Part shown: positions 1 through 9,298 of the stretch, in pieces
Layout: the number at the start of each line of letters is the position of its first letter
Position numbering within the stretch: position 1 is the first letter of the stretch
Notes under the pieces: model-generated
The model's input: only the letters and a program-made list of their open reading frames with translations
Told to the model about the DNA's origin: nothing
Databases searched by the model: none
From: Candidatus Ratteibacteria bacterium
Lineage (GTDB): Bacteria; Ratteibacteria; UBA8468; B48-G9; JAFGKM01
Length of the DNA: 14,241 nt
Direction: 5' to 3'
Assembly (NCBI GenBank): GCA_046296715.1
Contig: JBKBIN010000035.1
Span: 1 to 14,241 of the forward strand
Translations under genes and position numbers: made by a program

Positions 1-858
1 CCACCAGAAGAAATTACAAAAAGACAACCTTGGTGGAATAAAGATTTCTATCCAATTCCTTGTGAGACACTTGAGGAATTTAATGTAAAGATGGGACATG
101 AGATTGCTTATGAAATATGTTCTGCAAAAGAAGAAGGAAGAAATTTAATTTTAATTTTACCTGTTGGTCCAATGGGGATGTATAAATGGACTGTTTATTT
201 TTTAAAAGAGTGGGATGTTGATTGTAAACATGTATGGGGATTTAATATGGATGAATGGAGTGATAAAGACGGAAATACATTACCACCGGATAATCCAGGT
301 GCTTTTCAGAATGCAATGGAAAATGCTTTTTATGGTCCTCTTGGGAAATTAACAGTTCCAAAGAATCAAAGATTTTTTGCAACAAAAAAATTACTACCTA
401 AATATCCTGAAAAAATAAATGAATTAAGAGAAAAAGGTGCAAAACTTGTTGTAATATTTGGGATAGGAAGGGTTTTTCATATTGCTTTCTGGGAACCACA
501 TTTTGCAGAAGAATTTAAATCAGAAGAAGAGTGGAAAAAACAAGAATATCGACTTGGAGCAAAATTACATCCATTGACAATAGAACAGAATGCAATTACA
601 AGTTTCAAAAGTAGAACAACTCTTGTTCCATGCTTTGCAAATACAATAGGTCCTGGTATATTTTTGAATGCAGATAAAATTATAGGTGGTGCTGATGGAA
701 CACTTGGAAGAGGAATGATGTGGCAGGGAATGAGTTTATGGGTAACTTTAAGGTATGGTCCTGATATTTGGGTTCCAAGTAGTTTTATGCCAACTTTACC
801 AGGAAAATTATTCTTTCTAAAAGAACTTGCTGGACCATTAATTCCTGAATGTAATTAA
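1..858 (+). CDS. NagB-like (glucosamine-6-phosphate isomerase/deaminase / 6-phosphogluconolactonase superfamily) protein, 5' end outside the window
   Basis: Frame 1 is open from base 1 ([16 protein letters not shown]...) into the ORF called at 91, so the real start is probably upstream. [15 protein letters not shown] and [14 protein letters not shown] align with NagB motifs LPTG, NxDEY and GxGxxGHIAFNEP. Confidence 0.75.
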   Translation, partial: PPEEITKRQPWWNKDFYPIPCETLEEFNVKMGHEIAYEICSAKEEGRNLILILPVGPMGMYKWTVYFLKEWDVDCKHVWGFNMDEWSDKDGNTLPPDNPGAFQNAMENAFYGPLGKLTVPKNQRFFATKKLLPKYPEKINELREKGAKLVVIFGIGRVFHIAFWEPHFAEEFKSEEEWKKQEYRLGAKLHPLTIEQNAITSFKSRTTLVPCFANTIGPGIFLNADKIIGGADGTLGRGMMWQGMSLWVTLRYGPDIWVPSSFMPTLPGKLFFLKELAGPLIPECN

Positions 859-2234
859 TATTTTTTTAATGTTCTTATTGATTTTAAAATTGTTCTTATT
901 GATTTTAAAATTATATCTTCTGAATTTTTGCCAACTTTACAAGCAAGGGGTAATGTTTCATAACTTGAATTTATTCCTATTGCTTCTGAAAGACATACAT
1001 TGTCAAAGTCAGGTTTAATCTTTAAATTATTCTTATGCTGTAAAAATGCTTCTTTCGTAGGAATATAACCAAGATGGAAGTTTGAATTTTGAGCGATTAT
1101 TATATTTTCAAATGGTAAAGTTTCTCTTATTTTTTTTCCTATCCCTGCAAAAATTTCTCCTGGTAATGTCAATATACATAATTCTTTATCTATTGAAAAA
1201 CCATTAAAATACAAGTTCAATTTTTTTTCTTTCTTTTTCTGTTTGTCAATATTAATAATTGAAGTTGCTATAAGATATTTTAAACTATCGTGAGGAATTT
1301 TTGATTTTAAGATTTCTTTTGCTTTTTCTATATCTTTTTTCGTATAAGGGTAATAATTAAGAGTGAAACTTTTAAAAAATGGCTTTATGGATTCATATTT
1401 TTTAAATTCAATGTTATTGAGTATTTCTTTTGTTCTTTCAAAAATTTTTTCAGCAATAATTTCCTTAATCTTATTTGTTCTTGTTGTATCATCTAATGGA
1501 TTTATATGATTTATATCTCCACTTGGTCCATTAAGAATTAAAGCATTACACTTAAATTCATCTTCAATTTTTTTTCTTAAAGCTCCAGGCCAGTCAGCAG
1601 ATATTAAGTTTCCTCCTATTGTATTGGGATGAAGTGCAAAATTTAATATAAATCCAATATAATTTTTGTTTCCTTTGAAAACAACGACATATAGTGTATC
1701 ATCAACTTCTCCAATACTTCTTACTATATTTTTCTTTTGGGTAAATGGATTTGTAATAACTCTACCATCTTTCATTAAATATCTTCTGTTAAAGGCAATC
1801 TGTTCTACTCTACTTTTCCCAAATCCTATTTCAATTTCTTTTAAATTTTTAAATGCAACCTTTATACTTTCCGCAATTAATAATGGCAATATTTTTAAGT
1901 AGGAACTGTCTACATAAAAATTCTTTGTATATATTGAATTATCTGGTCTTGATGGTAAAGGACCTGTATGTGTATGGGTAGCATGGATAGAAATATTTTT
2001 GGGCTTAATTTTTAGTTTCTCTTTAACAATTTCTTTAACTCTTTTAACAATTTCATTCTCAATCCATATAAGGTCACAAGAAACCAGAGCAAATAAATTT
2101 TTTCCATCGTCAATAACCATGGAAGTTGCAAAAAGTGGATCCATAATTCCTTCTGATCTTCTATCAACAAAATATCCCACGAGAGAAAAACCAACTGGTG
2201 GAGTTATACAAACTTTCCCAAATCCAACTTTCAT
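855..2234 (-). CDS. Neutral/alkaline ceramidase N-terminal-domain family protein (putative Zn amidohydrolase/deacylase, substrate unknown)
   Basis: 459 aa. Motifs ITPPxGxxLx[42 protein letters not shown] and GYIPT. RBS AGGAGG upstream of the ATG. Confidence 0.8.
   Translation of the reverse strand: MKVGFGKVCITPPVGFSLVGYFVDRRSEGIMDPLFATSMVIDDGKNLFALVSCDLIWIENEIVKRVKEIVKEKLKIKPKNISIHATHTHTGPLPSRPDNSIYTKNFYVDSSYLKILPLLIAESIKVAFKNLKEIEIGFGKSRVEQIAFNRRYLMKDGRVITNPFTQKKNIVRSIGEVDDTLYVVVFKGNKNYIGFILNFALHPNTIGGNLISADWPGALRKKIEDEFKCNALILNGPSGDINHINPLDDTTRTNKIKEIIAEKIFERTKEILNNIEFKKYESIKPFFKSFTLNYYPYTKKDIEKAKEILKSKIPHDSLKYLIATSIINIDKQKKKEKKLNLYFNGFSIDKELCILTLPGEIFAGIGKKIRETLPFENIIIAQNSNFHLGYIPTKEAFLQHKNNLKIKPDFDNVCLSEAIGINSSYETLPLACKVGKNSEDIILKSIRTILKSIRTLKKY
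870..912. repeat. Perfect 21-bp tandem duplication (GTTCTTATTGATTTTAAAATT x2)
   Basis: Copies at 871-891 and 892-912. They encode ILKSIRT twice at the C-terminus of the minus-strand CDS. Confidence 0.95.
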
Positions 2235-2279
2235 CTTTCCCTCCTATACTTAAATTTAGTTTCTATTTCAAATTTGCTA

Positions 2280-2314
2280 TCATTTTACAAATTTTATCTT
2301 TGATTGTAAAATGA
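2280..2314. promoter_or_regulatory. Palindromic element forming overlapping divergent sigma70-type promoters and/or an operator
   Basis: 11-bp inverted repeat TCATTTTACAA (2280-2290) / TTGTAAAATGA (2304-2314). It reads TTTACA-N17-TAAAAT on both strands and lies between divergent genes. Confidence 0.6.
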
Positions 2315-2339
2315 AATACTAAATTTAAAAGAGAAATTT

Positions 2340-3152
2340 ATGGAAAAATTAAAATTGGGTTTGATAGTTGGTTCAAGAAATATTGAGGAAAGTTTTAGTA
2401 AAATTAAGATGTTTAATTTATCTATTTGTCAGATTGGTTTTATTGCAGAGGAAGTTGAAAATTTTGATCCATATGATATAAGAAAAAAAGCAGAAGGTTA
2501 TGGTATAGAAATTTTTGGCGTTTTTATGTTGTTTAAAGGACAGATATTTAATAATAAAGATGGTCCTTTAACAATGGGATTTGTTGCAGAAAAATTTAGA
2601 GAAGAAAGATTAGAATTATCTTATAAATTTTCTGACTTTGTGAGAGAAATTGGAGTTAAAAATATTGTATGTCATGTTGGTTTTATACCTGACGATGAAC
2701 AAGACCCAATTTATAAATCATTTATACCTGTTATGAAAAAGGTTATTGAAAAATGTAAAAGTAATAATCAGAATTTTTTATTTGAAACAGGTCAGGAATT
2801 ACCATCTACCTTAAAAAGAACTATTATTGACATAGGAATGGAAAATGTTGGAATAAATCTTGATCCTGCAAATTTAATATTATATGGAAAAGCAAATCCA
2901 CTTGATGCAGTTGAAATATTTGGCGAATATGTTAGAAGTATGCATGGAAAGGATGGGCTTTGGCCAAATAGAGATGAATATCTTGGTAAAGAAGTTCCTA
3001 TAGGTGAAGGAATGGTAAATTTTCCTGTCCTTTTAAGGCGTCTTAAAAACAAAGGATTTTCTGGGCCAATAATAATTGAGCGAGAAATAACTGGAGAAAA
3101 ACAAATAGAAGATATAAAAAGGGCGATTGAATATTTACAGCCATATCTATAA
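2340..3152 (+). CDS. Sugar phosphate isomerase/epimerase (xylose-isomerase-like TIM barrel, AP_endonuc_2 family)
   Basis: 270 aa with the metal-ligand pattern FETGQE, NLDPANL, MHGKDG, IIERE and the typical VPIGEGMVNF segment. Confidence 0.88.
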   Translation: MEKLKLGLIVGSRNIEESFSKIKMFNLSICQIGFIAEEVENFDPYDIRKKAEGYGIEIFGVFMLFKGQIFNNKDGPLTMGFVAEKFREERLELSYKFSDFVREIGVKNIVCHVGFIPDDEQDPIYKSFIPVMKKVIEKCKSNNQNFLFETGQELPSTLKRTIIDIGMENVGINLDPANLILYGKANPLDAVEIFGEYVRSMHGKDGLWPNRDEYLGKEVPIGEGMVNFPVLLRRLKNKGFSGPIIIEREITGEKQIEDIKRAIEYLQPYL

Positions 3153-3153
3153 A

Positions 3154-4266
3154 CTAATATGCAGAACTTATAATACTATAAAAATCTTCTCTTTTTAAAT
3201 TAAACTTCATTCTTTTCATTGCTCTTTCACATCCTTTAATTGACAGTTCCAAAAGTTCGTTGATATCATTTTCTTTTACACCTATTTCCTTTAATTTTAT
3301 TGGTAGTCCAAGTTTACTTATGAAGTTCTTAAGTTCTGAAGTTGTACCGATTATCTTTTCCATTTCTTCTATTTCTTTTTTATATCCATTTTCTTTCATA
3401 AATTCAAGGACATAAGGAAGAAATAAGGCATTTGCTGTTCCATGGTGGGTATTATATTTTATTGTAAGTGAATATCCAATTCCATGTACAATAATTGTTC
3501 CAGTTTTATTTATTGCATATCCAGCCAAAGTTGATGCAAGAAATACTTTTTCCTTTGCTTCTTTGTCTCCTTCAACTGCTTTTTGTAAATTCTGATAGAT
3601 TAATTTTAATGACTCAATTGCAAAAAGTTTAGACATATAATCTGCAGTTGTTGCAAGAAAACTTTCTGCCGAATGACAAAAAGCATCCATTCCTGTTGCA
3701 CCAATTAATTTAGGCGGTAAATAGTCAAGAGTATCCGGATCAAGGATTGCTAAAACAGGAATTATCTTTTCGCTTGCAACTGTTTTTTTTGTATTTTCAT
3801 TTTTATCTATTATTACAGCATATCTTGTAACTTCACTTCCAGTTCCACATGTTGTTGGTATTGCTATGATTGGTAATGGTTGATTTTCTAAATTTGCTTC
3901 ACCAAAATAATTTCTCAAATTCCCGTCATTTTTTACTCTTAAAGCAATACACTTTCCAACATCAAGAGCACTTCCACCACCAATTGCAACAACTACATCA
4001 CAATCTTCTTTTTTGGAAAACTCAACACCTTGTTCAACATTTTCTATATCAGGTTCAGGGTTTACGCTTGAGAATACTGAATATTTGATTTTTCCTTTTT
4101 CAAAAATATTTTTTATCTTCTCATAAAGACCTGATTTATATATGAAATTTTTTCCAGAAACAATTAAAACTTTCTGCCCATAATCTTTTACAATAGGTAA
4201 ATATTTTTCAATTGCATTTCTCTCAAAATAAATTTTTGTTGGGCAGTAAAAATAAATACCATTCAT
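3154..4266 (-). CDS. Iron-containing alcohol dehydrogenase family protein
   Basis: 370 aa. VNPEP, AIGGGSALDVGK, AIPTTCGTGSEVT, and metal ligands in GMDAFCHSAES, IVHGIGY and HHGTANA. The start overlaps the aroA stop (ATGA). Confidence 0.92.
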   Translation of the reverse strand: MNGIYFYCPTKIYFERNAIEKYLPIVKDYGQKVLIVSGKNFIYKSGLYEKIKNIFEKGKIKYSVFSSVNPEPDIENVEQGVEFSKKEDCDVVVAIGGGSALDVGKCIALRVKNDGNLRNYFGEANLENQPLPIIAIPTTCGTGSEVTRYAVIIDKNENTKKTVASEKIIPVLAILDPDTLDYLPPKLIGATGMDAFCHSAESFLATTADYMSKLFAIESLKLIYQNLQKAVEGDKEAKEKVFLASTLAGYAINKTGTIIVHGIGYSLTIKYNTHHGTANALFLPYVLEFMKENGYKKEIEEMEKIIGTTSELKNFISKLGLPIKLKEIGVKENDINELLELSIKGCERAMKRMKFNLKREDFYSIISSAY

Positions 4267-5576
4267 TTTCTATCTCCTTTTTGGTTAGAAGTTTCAAAAT
4301 AAACTCCAAGTTCTCTAAATTTATCAAAAAATTCAGGGAAAGATATTTTAACACATTCTGCATTTTTTAAAACTGTTTTCCCATCCGCAATAATTCCTGC
4401 AATAAAAAGAGACATAGCAATTCTATGGTCATCCCATGATTCAACTTCAGCAGCAGTTAATCTATCAACACCTTCAATAATAAAACCATCTTCTTTTTCA
4501 AAAATATTTGCTTTCATCTTTTTTAATTCTGTTGCTATTGCCTTTATTCTATCTGATTCTTTAACTCTTAATTCTTTTGCACCTGAAACTATTGTTTTGC
4601 CTTTTGCAACAGAACCTAAAACAGCAATAAGTGGTATTTCATCAATAACATTTGGAACTTCTTCTGGGGTTATTTCTACACCATTTAATTTCCCTGAATA
4701 ATAAACTTTTATATCACCAACTGGTTCATTACAAATTTCTTTTTGATTTAAAATTTCAAATTTACCACCCATCCTTTCTATAATTTTGAGAAAGCCAATT
4801 CTTGTTGGATTTAAACCGACATCTTTTACTATAATTTCAGATTCAGGAATAAGTAATGATGCTGTAATAAAATAACATGCAGAAGAAAAATCTCCTGGAA
4901 TAAAAATTTTTCTACCTTTCAATTTTTGATTACCTTTTATAAATATTCTTCTTTCTTCTATTTCTATCTGTCCACCAAAATATTTAAGCATCCTTTCAGT
5001 ATGGTCTCTTGTTTGATATTGCTCTTCAATTTCTGTATTTCCTTCAGAAAAGAGAGTAGCAAGGATTATACAACTTTTTACCTGTGCAGATGCAATTTCC
5101 ATTTTAAAATTTATTCCTTTTAATTTTTCCCCTATAATTGTAATTGGTGGAAATCTATTATTATTTCTTCCATATAATTTGCCACCCATCATTTTCAATG
5201 GTTTTATAATTCTATCCATAGGCCTATTTCTCAATGAATTATCACCTGTAAGAACTGAATAAAATGGTTGACTTGCTAAAACTCCTGATAAAAGTCGTAT
5301 AGTTGTTCCTGAATTTCCACAATCCAAAATATCTTCTGGTTCTTTTAATTTATCACCTTGAATAATTACCAAATCCTGTTTTTCTTCTATTTTTACACCT
5401 AACTTTTTCAAGCAATTTAAAGTTGAGAAAACATCATTACCTCTTAATATATTTGAGATTTCTGTTATCCCTTCTGATATGGCTCCAAAAATCAATGCTC
5501 TATGTGAGATGGATTTGTCACCTGGAAGCTTAATTTCACCTTTTAATCTTTTATTTTTTTGAATAATTATATCCAT
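4263..5576 (-). CDS. aroA: 3-phosphoshikimate 1-carboxyvinyltransferase (EPSP synthase, class II-like)
   Basis: PGDKSISHRA, LDCGNSGTTIRL, SAQVKS, RDHTERML, IDEIP, ELRVKESDRI and DHRIAMS. Confidence 0.97.
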   Translation of the reverse strand: MDIIIQKNKRLKGEIKLPGDKSISHRALIFGAISEGITEISNILRGNDVFSTLNCLKKLGVKIEEKQDLVIIQGDKLKEPEDILDCGNSGTTIRLLSGVLASQPFYSVLTGDNSLRNRPMDRIIKPLKMMGGKLYGRNNNRFPPITIIGEKLKGINFKMEIASAQVKSCIILATLFSEGNTEIEEQYQTRDHTERMLKYFGGQIEIEERRIFIKGNQKLKGRKIFIPGDFSSACYFITASLLIPESEIIVKDVGLNPTRIGFLKIIERMGGKFEILNQKEICNEPVGDIKVYYSGKLNGVEITPEEVPNVIDEIPLIAVLGSVAKGKTIVSGAKELRVKESDRIKAIATELKKMKANIFEKEDGFIIEGVDRLTAAEVESWDDHRIAMSLFIAGIIADGKTVLKNAECVKISFPEFFDKFRELGVYFETSNQKGDRK

Positions 5577-5577
5577 T

Positions 5578-6600
5578 TTACATTTTCTTTTTCATTAATT
5601 TTACAAGCGGAATAATTTCTTTCATAAGATTTTCAAACATTTCAAAATTCAATGACTGAAATCCGTCAGAAAGTGCTTCTTCAGGTTTTGGATGGACTTC
5701 AATTAAAAGTCCATCTGCACCTGCAGAAATTGCTGCTTTACTCATTGGAATAACTAAATCACTTCTTCCTGTTCCATGGCTTGGATCAACCACAACTGGC
5801 AAATGTGTTTCTTTTTTTAATAATGGGATAGCACTTAAGTCAAGGATATTTCTTGTAAATTCACTATCAAATGTTCTTATCCCTCTCTCGCATAGGATTA
5901 CTTTATTATTTCCTTCTTTAAGTATATATTCTGCACAATTAAGAAACTCTGAAATTTTAGCAGAAAAATTTCTTTTTAGTAATACAGGTTTGTTTGTTTT
6001 TCCTACTTTCTGTAATAATCTATAGTTAAACATATTCCTTGTTCCAATTTGTAAAATATCACTAACTTCACTTACCAAATCTACTTCTTCGGTTGATAAA
6101 ACTTCTGTAATAACCAAAATATTAAGTTTTTCTTTTATTTCTTTTACTATTTTTAAACCTTCTGTTCCAAGCCCAAGAAATGAATATGGAGATGTTCTTG
6201 GTTTAAAGACAGCACCTCTTAATATTTTTACTCCTCTTTGTTTTACAAATTTTGCTGTTTTATAAAGTTGTTCTTTACTTTCAACCGAACAAGGACCTGC
6301 CATTACAACAAAATACCCTTCTCCGATCTTTACTCCATTTATATCAATAATTGTATCTTCTGGATGAAATTCCCTACTTGCAAGTTTATATTCCTTTAAA
6401 ATACTTATTACTTCACTTACTCCGGGCATAATTTTAAAAACCTCATCCGATATTCCTCTTGTATCTCCAATAATCCCTATTATTGTTCTTTCTGTCCCTT
6501 TACTTACATGTGGTTTAAATCCAAGTTTTTCTATCTTCTTAACAACTTCTGATATTTCTTTTTCTGTTGCTCCTAATTTCATAATAATTAAATCAGCCAT
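5578..6600 (-). CDS. aroF: DAHP synthase, type I-beta, with N-terminal ACT-like regulatory domain
   Basis: AGPCSVES, FKPRTSPYSF, LCERGIRTF, VDPSHGTG, IEVHPxPEEALSDG and a roughly 70-aa N-terminal extension. RBS AGGAGG. Confidence 0.95.
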   Translation of the reverse strand: MADLIIMKLGATEKEISEVVKKIEKLGFKPHVSKGTERTIIGIIGDTRGISDEVFKIMPGVSEVISILKEYKLASREFHPEDTIIDINGVKIGEGYFVVMAGPCSVESKEQLYKTAKFVKQRGVKILRGAVFKPRTSPYSFLGLGTEGLKIVKEIKEKLNILVITEVLSTEEVDLVSEVSDILQIGTRNMFNYRLLQKVGKTNKPVLLKRNFSAKISEFLNCAEYILKEGNNKVILCERGIRTFDSEFTRNILDLSAIPLLKKETHLPVVVDPSHGTGRSDLVIPMSKAAISAGADGLLIEVHPKPEEALSDGFQSLNFEMFENLMKEIIPLVKLMKKKM

Positions 6601-6634
6601 ATAAACCTCCTATTATGTCTTTTATCCATCATTT

Positions 6635-7705
6635 TTACCTCCTTTCCATTGGATATGAACCAAGCACTTTTAAAAAAGCAGTTGATTTTTCAACTTCTTT
6701 TAATGCTCTTTTTACAGTTTCATCGTCTTTATGTCCAACAAAATCAACAAAAAAAACATACTCCCACGCCTTTTTTTTGCTTGGTCTTGATTCAATTCTT
6801 GTCAAATTAATTTTTTCTTTTTTGAATGGAACAAGAATGTCATGTAAAGCACCAACTCTATCTTTTATTGAAAAAAGAATAGATGTTTTATCTTTTCCTG
6901 TTCTTTCTGTAAAATTATTTCCAATAACTAAAAATCTTGTAAAATTTTCTCTGAAATCTTCTATTCTTTCTGCAAGGATATTTAAATTGTACATAGAGGC
7001 AGCAATTTCTGAGCCAATCGCTGCCGATTTTTTTTCTTTCATCGCTTTTTTTACAGCACTTGCAGTACTTTCAGTTTCATAAATTTCAGCATCAGGTAAG
7101 TTTTCACTTATCCAGTTTCTACACTGAGCTATTGCTTGCGGATGAGAATATACCTTTTTAATTTTTTTTATAGAATTTTCCTTTGAAAGTAAAAAGTGAT
7201 GGATTTCAAGTAATATCTCAGAAGTAATTTTCAAATCACTCTCAACAAATACATCAAGAGTATGAGTAACAACACCTTCAATGGAGTTTTCTATTGGAAC
7301 TACTCCATAATCTGCTCTTTGTTTTTCTACTTCTCTAAATACTTCATCTATTGTTTTTACTGGAACATATTTTGCCTTTTCTCCAAATTTGTTCAATGCT
7401 GCTTGATGAGTAAAAGTTCCTTCTGGTCCAAGATATGCAACAACTATTTCTCTAAACATACCTCTATAGACCTTCAAAATAGTTTCCATAATGATTTTTA
7501 TATCATCTGGTTTTAAAAGTCCTTTGTTTTTCTCAATAAGTTTTTCTATAATTCTTCTTTCTCTTGATGGATCAAATAAGGGTTTTTTCTTCTTGCTTTT
7601 TATTTCAAATACTTTCTTAACTTCTTCTGCTCTTAAATTTAATAGTTTTAAAATTTGCTCATCAATTTCATCTATTTTTTTCCTTATATCTTCAATTTTC
7701 TCCAT
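6635..7705 (-). CDS. pheA: Bifunctional chorismate mutase / prephenate dehydratase (P-protein)
   Basis: N-terminal AroQ-type mutase (IRKKIDEIDEQILKLLNLR), AYLGPEGTFT, VPIENSIEG, SHPQAIAQC, NFTRFLVIG and ACT-domain NLTRIESRP. Confidence 0.97.
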   Translation of the reverse strand: MEKIEDIRKKIDEIDEQILKLLNLRAEEVKKVFEIKSKKKKPLFDPSRERRIIEKLIEKNKGLLKPDDIKIIMETILKVYRGMFREIVVAYLGPEGTFTHQAALNKFGEKAKYVPVKTIDEVFREVEKQRADYGVVPIENSIEGVVTHTLDVFVESDLKITSEILLEIHHFLLSKENSIKKIKKVYSHPQAIAQCRNWISENLPDAEIYETESTASAVKKAMKEKKSAAIGSEIAASMYNLNILAERIEDFRENFTRFLVIGNNFTERTGKDKTSILFSIKDRVGALHDILVPFKKEKINLTRIESRPSKKKAWEYVFFVDFVGHKDDETVKRALKEVEKSTAFLKVLGSYPMERR

Positions 7706-8777
7706 TTTTTTGCATCTCCTTTAAAATTTTTAAAACTTCATTTTCTTCAAGTTCAACACCTATCTTAACTTTTCCAATTTTTTCAGGCAAAACAAATCTT
7801 AATTTGCCCTTCCTTACTTTCTTGTCATGTCTTAAAAAGTTCATTATTTTATCAAAATTAATTTTATCAAAAGAATTTAAAAGTTGAAATTTTCTTCCAA
7901 GATTTTTAATTCTCTGACAAATTTCTTTTTCTCCTATCCCAAGTTTATAAGAAATATAACTTTCTCCTATCATACCAAGACATACTGCATCTCCATGTGA
8001 AAACTTTCCAACATCTGAAATTTCAATTCCATGTCCAAGAGTATGACCAAAATTTAAAATTTCTCTCAATCCTTTTTCTTCCTTCTCATCTTTTTCAACA
8101 ACACTTACTTTTATCTTTATACTTTCGCCTATCAGAAATTCATACTCATTTTTAATTTGCTCTGGTTCGGTTTGTTCAAGTTTTTCAATAATTTTTTTAT
8201 TTTTTATTACCCCATATTTTATTATTTCAGAAATTCCTTGTTTTATTTCACTATATGGAAGTGATGAAAGTGTATTAAGGTCAATATAAACAAAATATGG
8301 TTGATAAAATGAACCAACTAAGTTTTTGCCTTCTTCCAAATTTATTCCTGTTTTCCCACCAATTGAAGCATCAACCTGAGCAAGTAAAGTTGTTGGAAGA
8401 TTTACATATTTAATCCCTCTCATATATATTGAAGCAACAAATCCACCAATATCACTTATAACTCCGCCACCAAGATTTAAAATTAAATCATCCCTATTAA
8501 TATTAAAATTTACAAGGTCTTTAACTATTTTTATTACAGTTTTGAAATTTTTCTCTTTTTCTCCTTGCTTTATTATTATTTCATTTACTTTTTTTCCTCT
8601 TTTTTCAACTGACTCTTTTACAATCTTTCCGTAAATTGAATATATATTTTCATCACTTAAAATCACAATTTTGTTGCCTATATTTTTGTCTTTTATTTTT
8701 GTTCCTATTTTTGTAAGAGGATAGTTTAGATAAATAAAGTATGATTTCTTATCCAGATTAACTTTAATTTTTTCCAT
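7692..8777 (-). CDS. aroB: 3-dehydroquinate synthase
   Basis: GEKEK, GGGVISDIGGF, PTTLLAQVDASIGGKTG, KNLVGSFYQP, LNFGHTLGH and HGDAV. Start placed at the ATG at 8777 rather than the TTG at 8786 given by the track; this choice is a judgement. Confidence 0.95.
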   Translation of the reverse strand: MEKIKVNLDKKSYFIYLNYPLTKIGTKIKDKNIGNKIVILSDENIYSIYGKIVKESVEKRGKKVNEIIIKQGEKEKNFKTVIKIVKDLVNFNINRDDLILNLGGGVISDIGGFVASIYMRGIKYVNLPTTLLAQVDASIGGKTGINLEEGKNLVGSFYQPYFVYIDLNTLSSLPYSEIKQGISEIIKYGVIKNKKIIEKLEQTEPEQIKNEYEFLIGESIKIKVSVVEKDEKEEKGLREILNFGHTLGHGIEISDVGKFSHGDAVCLGMIGESYISYKLGIGEKEICQRIKNLGRKFQLLNSFDKINFDKIMNFLRHDKKVRKGKLRFVLPEKIGKVKIGVELEENEVLKILKEMQKNGEN

Positions 8778-9285
8778 TTCTTTCAATAATTTTAATTATC
8801 TCATCAACAACTGCTTCAATCTTTTTGTTTGTTGTATCAATTGTATAATCTGCCTTTTCGTAATATGGTTTTCTAATTTCAAGCAACTCTTTTATCGTTT
8901 CTATCACATTTTTTGATCTCATAAGCAATGGTCTATCCTTTTTTGGTAATGTTCTTTTATAAATTTCTTCAGGAGTTGCTGTTAAACATATTAAAATTCC
9001 ATTTTTCTTTAAATTTAAATAATTCTTTTCTCTTATTAAAGCACCACCACCTGTTGCAATCACACAGTTTTCATATTTAGAAACTTCTTCTATAACCTGC
9101 TCTTCAAGATTTCTAAAATATTCTTCTCCTTTTACTTGAAAAATCCTTGCAATCCTATCTTTTTCTCTTTCTTCTATAATTTTATCTGTATCAAAAAATT
9201 TCCTTTTCAATTTCTCTGCAAGAAGACAACCTACTTCTGATTTCCCAGTTCCCATAAATCCAACAAGAACAATATTTTTATCCAT
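8764..9285 (-). CDS. aroK: Shikimate kinase
   Basis: Walker A GFMGTGKS, DTD, GEEYFR, ATGGG and RPLL. Confidence 0.96.
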   Translation of the reverse strand: MDKNIVLVGFMGTGKSEVGCLLAEKLKRKFFDTDKIIEEREKDRIARIFQVKGEEYFRNLEEQVIEEVSKYENCVIATGGGALIREKNYLNLKKNGILICLTATPEEIYKRTLPKKDRPLLMRSKNVIETIKELLEIRKPYYEKADYTIDTTNKKIEAVVDEIIKIIERNGKN

Positions 9286-9298
9286 TTTTAAAAGGTTT

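Noticed and set aside
1666..3052. Short ORFs 1666-1902, 1999-2253, 2012-2194 and 2792-3052
   Set aside because: Antisense or off-frame shadows of well-supported genes, with no recognisable motifs.
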